Shown: positions 54,770 to 64,000, counted from the first letter of the stretch. The stretch: 64,000 nucleotides of DNA from an uncultured Rhodospirillales bacterium (GCA_913055735.1 CAJXKD010000001.1:1453099-1517098), one strand, 5' to 3'. The notes: generated by a model from the letters alone, not told the origin. Made by a program: numbers and translations.

Positions 54770-55675
54770 ATGACCCCCGTCCTCGACGCCCATCATCATA
54801 TCTGGCGGATGGCGGACCTCGCCTGGCTGCAAGGTCCCATGCAGCCGCGCATCTTCGGCCCGTACGAACCACTCCGCCGCGATTATCCCATCGATGAATT
54901 CCGCGCTGATCTCGACGGGCACGGGGTCGTCGGCTCAGTGTATATTCAGGTCAATTGGCCGCCGGGCGGCGAAGTGGACGAGGCGTGCTGGGTGCAGTCG
55001 GTGGCCGACGAAACCGGCTGGCCCAACGCCATTGTCGGTTATGTGGATTTCGCGGCGGCGGATGCCGCCGATACGTTGGCCGAACTTGCCCGTGTGCCGC
55101 TTATGCGGGGTATCCGACAGCAGCTCCATTGGCACGAAAACCCGGAGTATAAGTTCGCGCCGACGCCGGATTTGATGAACGATCCTACATGGCGCGCAGG
55201 CTTTGCCCATATTCAGGATCACGGCTGGCCGTTCGATCTGCAGGTGTTCACCTCGCAGATGACCGATGCAGCGATTTTTGCCGGGGACTTCCCGGATGTG
55301 CCGATGATCCTGCAACACGCGGGCATGCCCGAAGATACCAGTGCGGCCGGCATGGCGACGTGGCGGGACGGCATGCGACGATTTGCTGATTTGCCCAATA
55401 TCCATGCCAAGCTCTCCGGCCTGGGCACGTTCCTTCACCGCAATGATCCGGCCTTCATTGCCGAGATCGTCGGGGAAACGGTGGAGATGTTCGGCGCGGC
55501 GCGGTGCGTCTATGGCAGCAACTTTCCCATCGAGAAACTGTGGACGGACTATGGTCCGCTGATCGGTGCCTACCGCGATGCCGTGGCATCGTTACCCGAA
55601 GAAGACCAGCGCGCGATCTTCTTCGACAACGCGGTGCGGCTCTACCGCCCTGCGGGAATTGAAGCCAATCGTTGA
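54770..55675 (+). CDS. amidohydrolase-2 (TIM-barrel metal-dependent hydrolase, lactonase/decarboxylase-like) family protein
   Basis: LDAHHHIW..., ...ILQHAG..., ...SNFP... is the amidohydrolase_2 pattern. An alternative start is ATG 54758. Confidence 0.75.
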   Translation: MTPVLDAHHHIWRMADLAWLQGPMQPRIFGPYEPLRRDYPIDEFRADLDGHGVVGSVYIQVNWPPGGEVDEACWVQSVADETGWPNAIVGYVDFAAADAADTLAELARVPLMRGIRQQLHWHENPEYKFAPTPDLMNDPTWRAGFAHIQDHGWPFDLQVFTSQMTDAAIFAGDFPDVPMILQHAGMPEDTSAAGMATWRDGMRRFADLPNIHAKLSGLGTFLHRNDPAFIAEIVGETVEMFGAARCVYGSNFPIEKLWTDYGPLIGAYRDAVASLPEEDQRAIFFDNAVRLYRPAGIEANR

Positions 55676-55840
55676 AGCGCCTGGTGAGAATGCCTGGCGA
55701 AAGCGTCTGGACGCCCCTGGCCGTCGTCTCTATATGGTCTTTTCGGCCAATGGGTTTTCGATAGGACGGTTGACCACCGTCAATGTTCAAGACCGGGGAT
55801 CGCGTGACGATCAGGACGAGATCCAGGGAGAAAGGGAGCT

Positions 55841-56245
55841 ATGCTCGAAATCGATATTGAGAAAGTCTGTTTTATCATCGCCAAGGCGCGTGAGTTTGAA
55901 ACGCATGAATCGCTGGGCGATGAGGTGTTCGAAGGTGACGAGCCCGAGGACCACATCGAGAATATCGACGATATTTCCGATGCCCATGCGGACGAGGAAA
56001 CGGACGATAATACCGAGGACGAGATCAAGGCCTGGGTCAACGCCATGAACGAGGACGAGCAGTGTCAGGTGGTGGCGCTGGCCTGGATCGGGCGCGGCGA
56101 TTTCACCGCCGACGATTGGGACGAAGCCTTGCGCATCGCGACCGAGGAACATAACGACCGCACTGCCGAGTATCTTCTCGGTATGCCGTTGTTACCGGAT
56201 TATCTCGATGAAGGGTTGGCGGCCTTCGATCTCAGTTGCGACTGA
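55841..56245 (+). CDS. DUF3775-like acidic protein
   Basis: 134 aa with a very acidic centre and a C-terminal LLGMPLLPDYLDEGL motif. The family name is from memory. Confidence 0.6.
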   Translation: MLEIDIEKVCFIIAKAREFETHESLGDEVFEGDEPEDHIENIDDISDAHADEETDDNTEDEIKAWVNAMNEDEQCQVVALAWIGRGDFTADDWDEALRIATEEHNDRTAEYLLGMPLLPDYLDEGLAAFDLSCD

Positions 56246-58097
56246 ACTTGCGATTTAACTGAGCCAAGTCTTCCGCCATTTTTTCGATCACGGTGGTCCA
56301 ATCGCCGATGGCCGGCTGCCGGTAGAGCGTCAAGCCGGGATACCAGGGACAATCGGTTCGTTTCGTTCCCCACCGCCAATCAGGTGCGAAAGGTAAAAGG
56401 ACCCAAGCCGGGCGGCCCATTGCCCCGGCGAGGTGGACCAGTGCCGTGTCCACCGAGATGACCAAATCGAGATGTGCGAGGATCGCCGCCGTGTCGGCGA
56501 AATCCTCGATGTGGGGACTCAGGTCGGTGATTTTGTTTCCCCATCCCAGCTTATCGATATCCGCTGCCCGTCCGTCGACCTGCAGGCCGAATACGTCAAT
56601 TCCGGCAACGTCCAACAGAGGCGCGAAGGCGTCGAGCGAAAGGGAGCGGTTGCGATCGTTCTTGTGGGTCGGCCGGCCCGCCCAAACAATTCCGACCTTG
56701 AAGGATTTCCCGTCGAGCCCAAATGATTCCGCCGGCCGGGCCGACGCGCGCAAATAGGGCGTGTCCTTCGGAATCCGGCGCGCCGTTATGCGCAGTAAAT
56801 GCGGCAGGCTCATGATCGGAACTTGCAGTTGGATATCGCCGGGAATTTTTTCTCCCCGGGTAATGACCTGCTCGACACCCGGTGCCGTTTCCAGCAACCG
56901 TTTAAGCGGCGGGTGGGTTTCGACGACCACTTGGATGTTCTGCTCGGCTAGGTGACGGGCGAAGCGGATCATGTGGATGGTATCGCCGTATCCTTGTTCG
57001 GAATGGACCAGCAGCCGTTTCCCGGAAATGTCCTCGCCTTTCCAGGCCGGTATTCTGGTGTGGCGGCGCTTGAACTCGGGTAGCTTCCAGCGAACTTCGT
57101 AGTCGGCGAAACCGCCGACCAAATCGCCCGAGAGCAGCCTGGCGATACCCCTGTTCCACCGCGCATCCACATGGGTCGGGTCGATCATCACGGCCCGTTC
57201 GAGCGTCTCGACGGCGGCTTTGACCTTCCCGGCGGCTTGCAAGGCGCCGCCACGATTGGCGAGGATGCCCGCATCGTCCAGCGACATTTCCAATGCTCGA
57301 TTGAACCATGCCAATGCTTCCTGGGGTTGGCCGGCGCGGGTCAACGCGGCGCCCATGTTGTTGGCGGCATCGGCGGATTCGGGATCGAGTTTCACCGCAT
57401 GGGCGAAAACGTCGATGGCGCGGTCGATTTCGCCCCGTGCCAGTTGGACGTTGCCGAGGGCATTGTGGGCGGCAGCATTTTTCGGTGCATTCGCGATGGC
57501 CGCTTCCGCCGCAGCTTGGGCTTCGTTTAGTTTGCCGAGCCGGCGGAACGCCTCGCTCAAGTTGATGTGCGCGTCGAGAAGCGCCGGTTCCAACCGCGCC
57601 GCCATATCGAACGCGGTGGCCGCGTCTTCGGTCTCGCCACGATCGAGCAGAACGGCGCCGAGATTGTTGTAGCCAGAGGCGAACCCTGGTTTGAGGGTGA
57701 CGGCACGGCGACAGGCTTTTTCGGCAGCCGGTAAATCGCCCATGAGCCGGCGGGCATCGCCGATGTTGCTCCAGGCTTCGGCGAAATCGGGAATATGTTT
57801 CAACGCCCGTTCGTAGGCAGCGAGTGCTCCAAGGATATCCCCCTGATCCTTATAAACGTTTCCGAGATTATTGAGCGCCTCAGGGAAAGCAGGGTCTATG
57901 TCCAAGGCGCGCTTGATCTTATGTTCTGCGTCGTCGAGACGCCCGCGAGCGTGATCGAGACATCCCATGAGGTGCCAGGCATCGGCATTGCGGGGATTGG
58001 TCTCTATGACGTCACCGTAGAGTTGCGCGGCTTCGTCCAGCCGGCCGGCTTGGTGTGCGGAAAGGGCTTGTTTCAGGGTGTCTTGGGCAGGCTGCAA
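56232..58097 (-). CDS. TPR-repeat protein fused to a GT9 (heptosyltransferase-like) glycosyltransferase domain
   Basis: 621 aa. About 330 aa of TPR repeats are followed by LLVHSEQGYGDTIHMIRF...VISVDTALVHLAGAMGRPAWVLLP (GT9 signature). Confidence 0.8.
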   Translation of the reverse strand: MQPAQDTLKQALSAHQAGRLDEAAQLYGDVIETNPRNADAWHLMGCLDHARGRLDDAEHKIKRALDIDPAFPEALNNLGNVYKDQGDILGALAAYERALKHIPDFAEAWSNIGDARRLMGDLPAAEKACRRAVTLKPGFASGYNNLGAVLLDRGETEDAATAFDMAARLEPALLDAHINLSEAFRRLGKLNEAQAAAEAAIANAPKNAAAHNALGNVQLARGEIDRAIDVFAHAVKLDPESADAANNMGAALTRAGQPQEALAWFNRALEMSLDDAGILANRGGALQAAGKVKAAVETLERAVMIDPTHVDARWNRGIARLLSGDLVGGFADYEVRWKLPEFKRRHTRIPAWKGEDISGKRLLVHSEQGYGDTIHMIRFARHLAEQNIQVVVETHPPLKRLLETAPGVEQVITRGEKIPGDIQLQVPIMSLPHLLRITARRIPKDTPYLRASARPAESFGLDGKSFKVGIVWAGRPTHKNDRNRSLSLDAFAPLLDVAGIDVFGLQVDGRAADIDKLGWGNKITDLSPHIEDFADTAAILAHLDLVISVDTALVHLAGAMGRPAWVLLPFAPDWRWGTKRTDCPWYPGLTLYRQPAIGDWTTVIEKMAEDLAQLNRKFSRN

Positions 58098-58107
58098 ATG
58101 GAGTCCC

Positions 58108-58473
58108 TCAAAATTCGATGAGGGACGAGTGGATCGCTAGTGCAAATGCGGCAAAAATATAAAACAAAGCGCCAATGCCGATGACGAACAAAATGTTCGC
58201 GGCCGTATACACCGGATGCCGCACGCGCTCCTGGGCGCGGCGGTCCGCTGTGCGGCGTTCGCTACCTCCGACAATGGTCAGATAAAACCGTTTGCCGAAA
58301 AACGGAATACTCAGCCGGATGTTGACCGGGTGATTGCCCCAGTTGCTCTTATCCAGCGCTTGATGGATGGCTTGTTGCTGCCCGGCAGAAAGCGATTCGG
58401 CGACATGCGCCGGTAATCGGGTGAGCAGCCAATGGCCGCTATCTTGGCCAGATGCGGAGGGGGTCTCCGCCAT
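58108..58473 (-). CDS. hypothetical membrane protein (C-terminal TM helix)
   Basis: 121 aa, lying 10 nt upstream of and co-oriented with the TPR-GT9 gene. No recognisable domain. Confidence 0.5.
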   Translation of the reverse strand: MAETPSASGQDSGHWLLTRLPAHVAESLSAGQQQAIHQALDKSNWGNHPVNIRLSIPFFGKRFYLTIVGGSERRTADRRAQERVRHPVYTAANILFVIGIGALFYIFAAFALAIHSSLIEF

Positions 58474-58557
58474 GGTTCGTGTCTCCTGCCGTCGATGGAC
58501 GTCTTACAACCATATGGGGACCGGAATGCCTGCTGTCTATGCCCTTCGCCGCCTCAA

Positions 58558-58588
58558 TTTTCGCCCCCGTTTTCGCCGGTATTTTCGC
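58558..58588 (+). repeat. three phased direct repeats TTTTCGC(C/G) with exact 12-bp period, upstream of NAD-GDH
   Basis: Copies start at 58558, 58570 and 58582. A second 12-bp-phased pair, GTATAAG, sits at 58629 and 58641. Confidence 0.7.
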
Positions 58589-58693
58589 GGGTCGAACTGG
58601 TTGCGTCATCGTGGTTTAATGCCAACCTGTATAAGATCGCGTATAAGGAAATTCAGGCGCCTCGGGGGGCTCAAACTCGAGCGAGACAGCACC

Positions 58694-61600
58694 ATGGCTA
58701 CCGGAACAGATCGGCGTAAATCCGCGCTTTTGCGAGAAGCGGCAAAACGGCTTACGGGCCAGGGCCGGGCCAAAAGCGAGGCGTTCTTACGCCAGTATTA
58801 TGCGAACGTTTCGGTTCCGGACCTAATCGAACGGGGTGCCGACAACCTGGCCGGCGGCGCCCAAGCCATTTTCAAATTTGCCGCAAATCGCAAGCCCGGC
58901 GAAGCCAAAATCAGGGTCTACAACCCAGGCGAAGCCAAAGATGGCTGGGAATGCGGCCATACGGTTATCGAGATCGTCAATGACGATATGCCGTTTCTTG
59001 TCGACTCGGTGACCGCCGAGCTGTCGCGGCAAGGACTCATCGTCTATCTCGTTATCCATCCCGTGATACAGGTACACCGCGATGCCAGCGGAGCGCTCAA
59101 AAAAATAATTCCCAAGAAGGAATCGGGTGACGGCTTCAACACAGAATCCGTCATGTCGATCGAAGTGAGCCAACAACGGGACCCGGCTCGGCTGAAAGAG
59201 CTGGAAAAAGCCGTCAAGGCAGTTCTTGTCGATGTCAAATATGCCGTGGCGGACTGGCGCACCATGCGCAACCGGGTTCAGGAAATCATCGACGAGATGA
59301 AGCTGCGCTATGCCGAGGGCGCGGCAGCGGAAGTCGCCGAGGCGCAGGATTTTCTTCAGTGGTTGCATGATGATAATTTCACGTTTCTCGGTTACCGCGA
59401 CTACGATTTCAGTGGCACGGGCACCAAGGCGAAGGTCTCGGTCAATGCCAAGACCGGTCTCGGTATCCTACGCGATCCGGGACGTCTCGTGTTCGACGAA
59501 CTGCGTCACCTTGACAAAATGCCGGCCGACGTTCGCCGCTTTGTGCGCCGGTCAGATCCCGTCGTTGTCAGCAAGGCCGACGCCCGTTCCACCGTTCACC
59601 GGCCGGTCCGCCTCGACGCCATCGGCGTCAAGCGTTTCGACAAGGAGGGCAAGGTCGTCGGTGAACGATTGATCGTCGGGTTGTTCACCTCCGTCGCCTA
59701 CTCATCGTCGCCGCGCAACATCCCGTTTCTCCGCCGTAAGCTGGACAAGACCGTTGCCCGCGCGGGCTTGCCGGCCGCCAGCCACGACGGCAAGGCGCTA
59801 CTGCACATTTTGGAAACCTACCCGCGTGACGAGTTGTTCCAGATCCGCGACGACGACCTATTGGAGATTTCCATGGGCGTCCTGCAGTTGCAGGAACGCC
59901 AGCGCGTCGCCCTTTTCGTTCGTCAGGACGATTTCGACCGCTTTGTTTCCTGTTTGGTCTACATACCCCGTGATCGCTACACGACGGGGCTGGGTTTGCA
60001 GATCCAGAAAATTCTTTCCCGGGCATTCGACGGTGAGGTCGGCGGTTTCAATACGGAAATCGGCGATTCGCCCCTGGCGCGGTTGCACCTTTCCATCACG
60101 ACCCGAGCCCGCAAGAAGGCCAAATACGATCACGAGGCCGTGGAAGCGGAGCTTGCCGCCGCAACGCAATCCTGGGCGGACAATCTGCGCAAGAGCCTTT
60201 CGGCCGAGTTGGGAGAGGAGGTCGCGGACCGGCTTTTGAGCACATATGCCGAGGCGTTTCCGGCGAGCTATACGGAGCGATTCAGCGCGGATGCGGCGGT
60301 AGGAGACATTCAACGTCTTGAGGAAACGGTCTCGCGCGATGCCTTGAACCTGGATCTATATCGTCCGGCCGACGGCATCGAAAATGAAATCCGATTCAAG
60401 GTCTTCCACCCACATACGGCGTTGCCCTTATCCGACGTCCTGCCGGTCCTGGAACATATGGGGCTCAAGGTTATTGATGAAGTTCCGCACGATGTTCATC
60501 TCGACTACGAAACGCATCAACTCATTTTGATCCACGACTTCGGACTGGTTTCCCGCTCCGGCGACGAAGTCGATTTGGATGAGGTGCGGGACAATTTTCA
60601 TGAAGCGTTTCGCCGGGTGTGGAGCGGCGAGATGGAATCCGACGGCTTCAATGCCCTGGTTCTGAGCGCTGGTCTGACATGGCGGGAGATTTCGATTTTG
60701 CGCGCGTTCGCAAAGTATCTACGCCAAACCGGCATCCCGTTTTCTCAGGATTACATGGAACAGACGTTATGCAACAACCATTCGGTTGCAGCTAAGATCG
60801 TACGCCTGTTCCAAGCCAAATTCGATCCAGACTCGCGAACCAAGCACAATCGCTTGACCATTAAACTTGGGCAGGAAATTCTCGACGAACTGGAACTGGT
60901 CGATAGTGCCGACGAAGATCGTATTCTGAGGCGTTTCTTGAACTTGGTCGAAGCCGCTCTGCGAACCAACTACTATCAGTTCGACGCCGAGGGGCAGGCT
61001 AAACCTTATATCGCCATCAAGTATGATTCCGGTGCGGTCGAGGAGCTTCCGCTGCCGCGCCCTCTTCGCGAAATCTTCGTCTACTCACCGCGTGTCGAGG
61101 CAATCCATCTGCGCGGCGGCATGGTGGCGCGCGGCGGCCTGCGTTGGTCAGACCGGCCCGAGGATTTCAGAACGGAAATTCTCGGTCTGATGAAAGCCCA
61201 GATGGTCAAGAACACGGTCATTGTGCCCGTTGGGTCAAAAGGTGGTTTCGTGGTCAAACGCCCGCCCGTCGATGGTGGTCGCGAAGCTTTCTTGGAAGAA
61301 GGCATTGCCTGCTACAAGATCTTTATGTCGGGTCTCCTCGACATTACGGACAATATCGTCAAGGGAAAGATCGAGCCCCCCAAGCGGGTGGTTCGTGAAG
61401 ACGGCGATGATCCTTATCTTGTCGTCGCGGCGGATAAAGGCACGGCAACTTTCTCGGACATCGCCAACGGGGTTGCGCTGGATTACGGATTTTGGCTCGG
61501 TGATGCATTTGCCTCCGGCGGCAGCGTTGGATACGACCATAAGAAGATGGGGATTACCGCGCGTGGCGCGTGGGAATCGGTCAAGCGCCATTTCCGTGAA

Positions 61601-63520
61601 ATGGGCAAAGACATCCAGTCGGAAAGTTTTACCGCCGTGGGTGTCGGCGATATGTCGGGCGACGTATTCGGTAATGGCATGCTGCTCAGCGAGCACACGA
61701 AGCTGATTGCCGCGTTCAACCATATGCACATTTTTATCGATCCCGACCCTGATCCGGCGAAAAGCTTTGCCGAGCGTAAGCGCCTGTTCGGCCTCGCGCG
61801 GTCGTCCTGGAGTGACTACGACACAAAAGTGCTGTCCAAGGGTGGCGGCATTTTTGAACGGCGTGCGAAGACAGTCACGTTGACGCCGGAAATAAAAAAG
61901 GCGTTGGGCGTATCGAAAACTCAAATGACGCCCAACGAACTGATCCGGACTATCCTCACGGCCAATGTCGAGCTTCTTTGGTTCGGCGGAATCGGCACGT
62001 ATGTCAAATCTTCGCACGAGTCCAATGTCGATGCGGGCGACCGGTCCAACGATAGTATCCGCGTCGACGCGGCGGCGCTCAAATGCTCGGTGATCGGCGA
62101 AGGCGCCAATCTCGGCGTAACTCAGTTGGGTCGCATCGAATACGCGCAAGCGGGCGGGCGCCTCAATACGGACTTTATCGATAACTCGGCCGGCGTCGAT
62201 TGTTCCGACCATGAAGTGAACATCAAGATCCTGCTCAACGCGGTGGTGGCCAAAAAGGGGCTGACCGGGGCCGCGCGCAACAAATTGCTTGAAAGCATGA
62301 CTGATGAGGTCGGTCAATTGGTGCTGCGCGATAATTATCAGCAAAGCCAGGCGATCTCCGTGGTCGAAGCGGAAAGTCCGAAGACCATTGGCGTACAAGG
62401 CCGCTTTATCCGCTATCTGGAAAAAGCCGGGCGGCTCGACCGAAGCGTTGAATTCCTCCCCAACGACGAAGAACTGTCGGAGCGGGAAAGAGCGGGCAAA
62501 GGTCTGACGCGTCCCGAAATCGCGGTCCTCATGTCCTACGCAAAATTGTGGCTGTATGACGAAATTCTGGATTCCGACCTGCCCGAGGCGAAGGATCTCG
62601 AACAGGATCTCATCTCTTATTTCCCCGAGCCGCTGCGGGAAAAGTATAAAACGGCCATTTGCGATCATCAGCTGCGTCGCGAACTCATCGCTACCATGAT
62701 CACCAACAGCATGATCAATCGCGTGTGCGAAAGTTTCGTGACCGATTTGATGGAACGCACGAGCGTCTTACCTTCCGAAGTGGCGCGCGCCTATATCGTC
62801 GCCCGGGCGTGTTTCAACGTGCGCGAGATTTGGGCAGAGATCGAGTCTTTGGATAACAAAATCCCATCGACGGCACAGGTCAGTCTGCTGTTGAGGGTCA
62901 ACCAATTGTTGGAGCGGGTCACATTCTGGCTGTTGCGCAATGTAGACCATCCGATGGATCTGGGGGCGACGACGGCGGAGTTCGCGCCGTCCGTCAGACG
63001 GCTCGCGCAAAATATCGAGAACGTCATTCCGCCGGGCGTGCAGAAAAGAGCGAACGAGTGGACCGCTCGGTTCAAGCGTGAGGGTGCACCCGAACCCCTC
63101 GCACGGCAGATGGGGCATTTGATGCTCCAGGTCTCGGCCCTTGATATCGTGCGCACGGCGTCGGCTTGCAAATTGGATGTCGAGACGGTGGCCAAGTTGT
63201 ACTTCGAGATAAGCGAACGTTTCGGCATCGGCTGGCTAAGATTATCGGCGGAGGCCTTGCCGGTTGAAACCCATTGGCAAAAGCTTGCGATCGACGCTGT
63301 CATCGAAGAACTGTACGCGCACCAAAAGGCAATTACGCTGAATGTCGTGCTGGATGCAAATGGGGCCGACAACCCTCTCGACGAATGGATAAAGAAGCAT
63401 CAGGCGGATGCCGAAAGAGCATGGAGTCTGGTCAAGGAATTGAAGGCTTCCGAGCAGATGGATTTATCCATGCTGGCGGTGGCCAGCCGACGGTTTGCCG
63501 CTCTTGCCCATAACGGGTGA
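58694..63520 (+). CDS. large NAD-specific glutamate dehydrogenase (about 1600-aa class)
   Basis: ORF 58367..63520 trimmed to MATGTDRRKSALLREA (ATG 58694), giving 1608 aa. The blocks HTVIEIVNDDMPFLVDSV and GGLRWSDRPEDFRTEILGLMKAQMVKNTVIVPVGSKGGF are typical of this class. Confidence 0.9.
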   Translation: MATGTDRRKSALLREAAKRLTGQGRAKSEAFLRQYYANVSVPDLIERGADNLAGGAQAIFKFAANRKPGEAKIRVYNPGEAKDGWECGHTVIEIVNDDMPFLVDSVTAELSRQGLIVYLVIHPVIQVHRDASGALKKIIPKKESGDGFNTESVMSIEVSQQRDPARLKELEKAVKAVLVDVKYAVADWRTMRNRVQEIIDEMKLRYAEGAAAEVAEAQDFLQWLHDDNFTFLGYRDYDFSGTGTKAKVSVNAKTGLGILRDPGRLVFDELRHLDKMPADVRRFVRRSDPVVVSKADARSTVHRPVRLDAIGVKRFDKEGKVVGERLIVGLFTSVAYSSSPRNIPFLRRKLDKTVARAGLPAASHDGKALLHILETYPRDELFQIRDDDLLEISMGVLQLQERQRVALFVRQDDFDRFVSCLVYIPRDRYTTGLGLQIQKILSRAFDGEVGGFNTEIGDSPLARLHLSITTRARKKAKYDHEAVEAELAAATQSWADNLRKSLSAELGEEVADRLLSTYAEAFPASYTERFSADAAVGDIQRLEETVSRDALNLDLYRPADGIENEIRFKVFHPHTALPLSDVLPVLEHMGLKVIDEVPHDVHLDYETHQLILIHDFGLVSRSGDEVDLDEVRDNFHEAFRRVWSGEMESDGFNALVLSAGLTWREISILRAFAKYLRQTGIPFSQDYMEQTLCNNHSVAAKIVRLFQAKFDPDSRTKHNRLTIKLGQEILDELELVDSADEDRILRRFLNLVEAALRTNYYQFDAEGQAKPYIAIKYDSGAVEELPLPRPLREIFVYSPRVEAIHLRGGMVARGGLRWSDRPEDFRTEILGLMKAQMVKNTVIVPVGSKGGFVVKRPPVDGGREAFLEEGIACYKIFMSGLLDITDNIVKGKIEPPKRVVREDGDDPYLVVAADKGTATFSDIANGVALDYGFWLGDAFASGGSVGYDHKKMGITARGAWESVKRHFREMGKDIQSESFTAVGVGDMSGDVFGNGMLLSEHTKLIAAFNHMHIFIDPDPDPAKSFAERKRLFGLARSSWSDYDTKVLSKGGGIFERRAKTVTLTPEIKKALGVSKTQMTPNELIRTILTANVELLWFGGIGTYVKSSHESNVDAGDRSNDSIRVDAAALKCSVIGEGANLGVTQLGRIEYAQAGGRLNTDFIDNSAGVDCSDHEVNIKILLNAVVAKKGLTGAARNKLLESMTDEVGQLVLRDNYQQSQAISVVEAESPKTIGVQGRFIRYLEKAGRLDRSVEFLPNDEELSERERAGKGLTRPEIAVLMSYAKLWLYDEILDSDLPEAKDLEQDLISYFPEPLREKYKTAICDHQLRRELIATMITNSMINRVCESFVTDLMERTSVLPSEVARAYIVARACFNVREIWAEIESLDNKIPSTAQVSLLLRVNQLLERVTFWLLRNVDHPMDLGATTAEFAPSVRRLAQNIENVIPPGVQKRANEWTARFKREGAPEPLARQMGHLMLQVSALDIVRTASACKLDVETVAKLYFEISERFGIGWLRLSAEALPVETHWQKLAIDAVIEELYAHQKAITLNVVLDANGADNPLDEWIKKHQADAERAWSLVKELKASEQMDLSMLAVASRRFAALAHNG

Positions 63521-63556
63521 GGGGCTTACAACATCTATTATCTAATAGTGTGAGTT

Positions 63557-63607
63557 GACGAAGCACGGCCGGCTGGATAACGCGGTCCTGGGTGTTTCGT
63601 CTTTTTT
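63557..63607 (+). terminator. rho-independent terminator after NAD-GDH
   Basis: GACGAAGCAC...GTGTTTCGTC (one G-U pair) followed by TTTTTTG. Confidence 0.6.
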
Positions 63608-63616
63608 GTATTCGGA

Positions 63617-64000
63617 ATGGTGATGGCGGACGCGCCAAAGAGCGAAGTCGACGGGCCAGGGATCGATAAACGCGGTATTGCCGCCTGGTGTGTCTACGAT
63701 TGGGCGAATTCGGCGTTTACCACGGTCATCATCACGTTTGTTTTCGCAACCTACTTTACGAAATCGGTGGCCGCCGATCCGGTCATCGGATCGGCGCAGT
63801 GGAGCTTCGCTATCAGCGCATCGGGACTGGCCGTTGCGCTTCTAGCGCCGGTTCTGGGGGCCATTGCGGATCGGGGCGGTCCCCGGAAACCGTGGATTCT
63901 CGTTTTTACATCGATGGCGGTTTTGGCGACGGGGGCGTTGTGGTTCGTCGAGCCGGACCAGCATTTCCTGTATTTGGCGCTGATTGCAGCGGCCGTCGCC
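63617..64000 (+). CDS. MFS transporter, UMF1 (Atg22-like) family, 5' partial (runs off the window)
   Basis: Not in the ORF track because no stop is reached. Hand translation gives MVMADAPKSEVDGPGIDKRGIAAWCVYDWANSAFTTVIITFVFATYF..., and WCVYDWANSAF is the UMF1 hallmark. Confidence 0.7.
   Translation, partial: MVMADAPKSEVDGPGIDKRGIAAWCVYDWANSAFTTVIITFVFATYFTKSVAADPVIGSAQWSFAISASGLAVALLAPVLGAIADRGGPRKPWILVFTSMAVLATGALWFVEPDQHFLYLALIAAAVA

Noticed and set aside
58367-58693. 109-codon N-terminal extension of the NAD-GDH ORF. Similar upstream extensions occur in many other ORFs (for example 2598-2681, 8398-8550, 19467-19607, 35609-35698, 39706-39795 and 37516-37551).
   Set aside because: The extensions overlap neighbouring genes or promoters, start at non-ATG or RBS-less codons, and have Arg/Cys/Pro-rich non-protein-like composition. 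Internal ATGs with an SD sequence give canonical N-termini.
61235-62668. 477-aa ORF on the minus strand inside the NAD-GDH gene.
   Set aside because: It is fully antisense to a strongly supported 1608-aa gene. Long antisense ORFs are expected in high-GC DNA, and antisense translations of this gene class are a known source of spurious annotations. It has no RBS and no recognisable domain.
1-64000. CRISPR arrays, IS elements, rRNA genes, prophage or defence-system genes.
   Set aside because: I scanned intergenic regions and ORF translations. There are no regularly spaced repeat arrays, no transposase, integrase, Cas, restriction or toxin-antitoxin signatures, and no rRNA-like sequence.

Overview
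This is a 64 kb chromosomal segment from a high-GC alphaproteobacterium; gene content is Rhodospirillales/Rhizobiales-like, and the exact taxon cannot be determined from the sequence alone. I call about 58 protein genes and one tRNA-Gly(GCC). I found no rRNA, transposase, integrase, phage gene or CRISPR array.

- **1-28 kb, mostly housekeeping:** leuS, three tandem porin paralogues, yggS, an orphan OmpR-type response regulator, xthA, ftsK-lolA, a same-strand glnK-amtB-amtB-glnK block, a UbiH-family hydroxylase, Trm112, a thioredoxin-TPR protein, a ProX-like deacylase and a TPR-GT41 glycosyltransferase.
- **28.2-49.4 kb, accessory-looking metabolic block starting at tRNA-Gly, and the most interesting part:**
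  - (i) A persulfide/organosulfur module: CDO-like cupin, MBL persulfide-dioxygenase-like enzyme, two-Cys ArsR (BigR/SqrR-like), YgaP-type rhodanese and a SulP permease.
  - (ii) A tightly coupled operon of a NicX-like ring-cleavage dioxygenase, an alpha/beta hydrolase, a non-canonical ACAD-fold protein and an AMP-forming CoA ligase.
  - (iii) A second, paralogous two-Cys ArsR lying divergent to a five-gene operon: a Glu/Leu/Phe/Val-type amino-acid dehydrogenase, a ferredoxin-dependent 2-oxoacid oxidoreductase (fused gamma-delta, alpha, beta) and a CoA ligase.
  - (iv) A type-I-like sulfide:quinone oxidoreductase followed 18 nt later by an RND pump (adaptor plus permease, no outer-membrane factor).
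- **49-64 kb:** CoA-transferase A/B, a DUF35/thiolase pair, Hsp20, a Zn-ADH plus amidohydrolase, DUF3775, a TPR-GT9 glycosyltransferase, a 1608-aa NAD-glutamate dehydrogenase, and the 5' end of a UMF1-family MFS transporter.

All functional calls rest on reading motifs in the translated ORFs. No database search was possible. Promoter and operator calls are pattern-based inferences.
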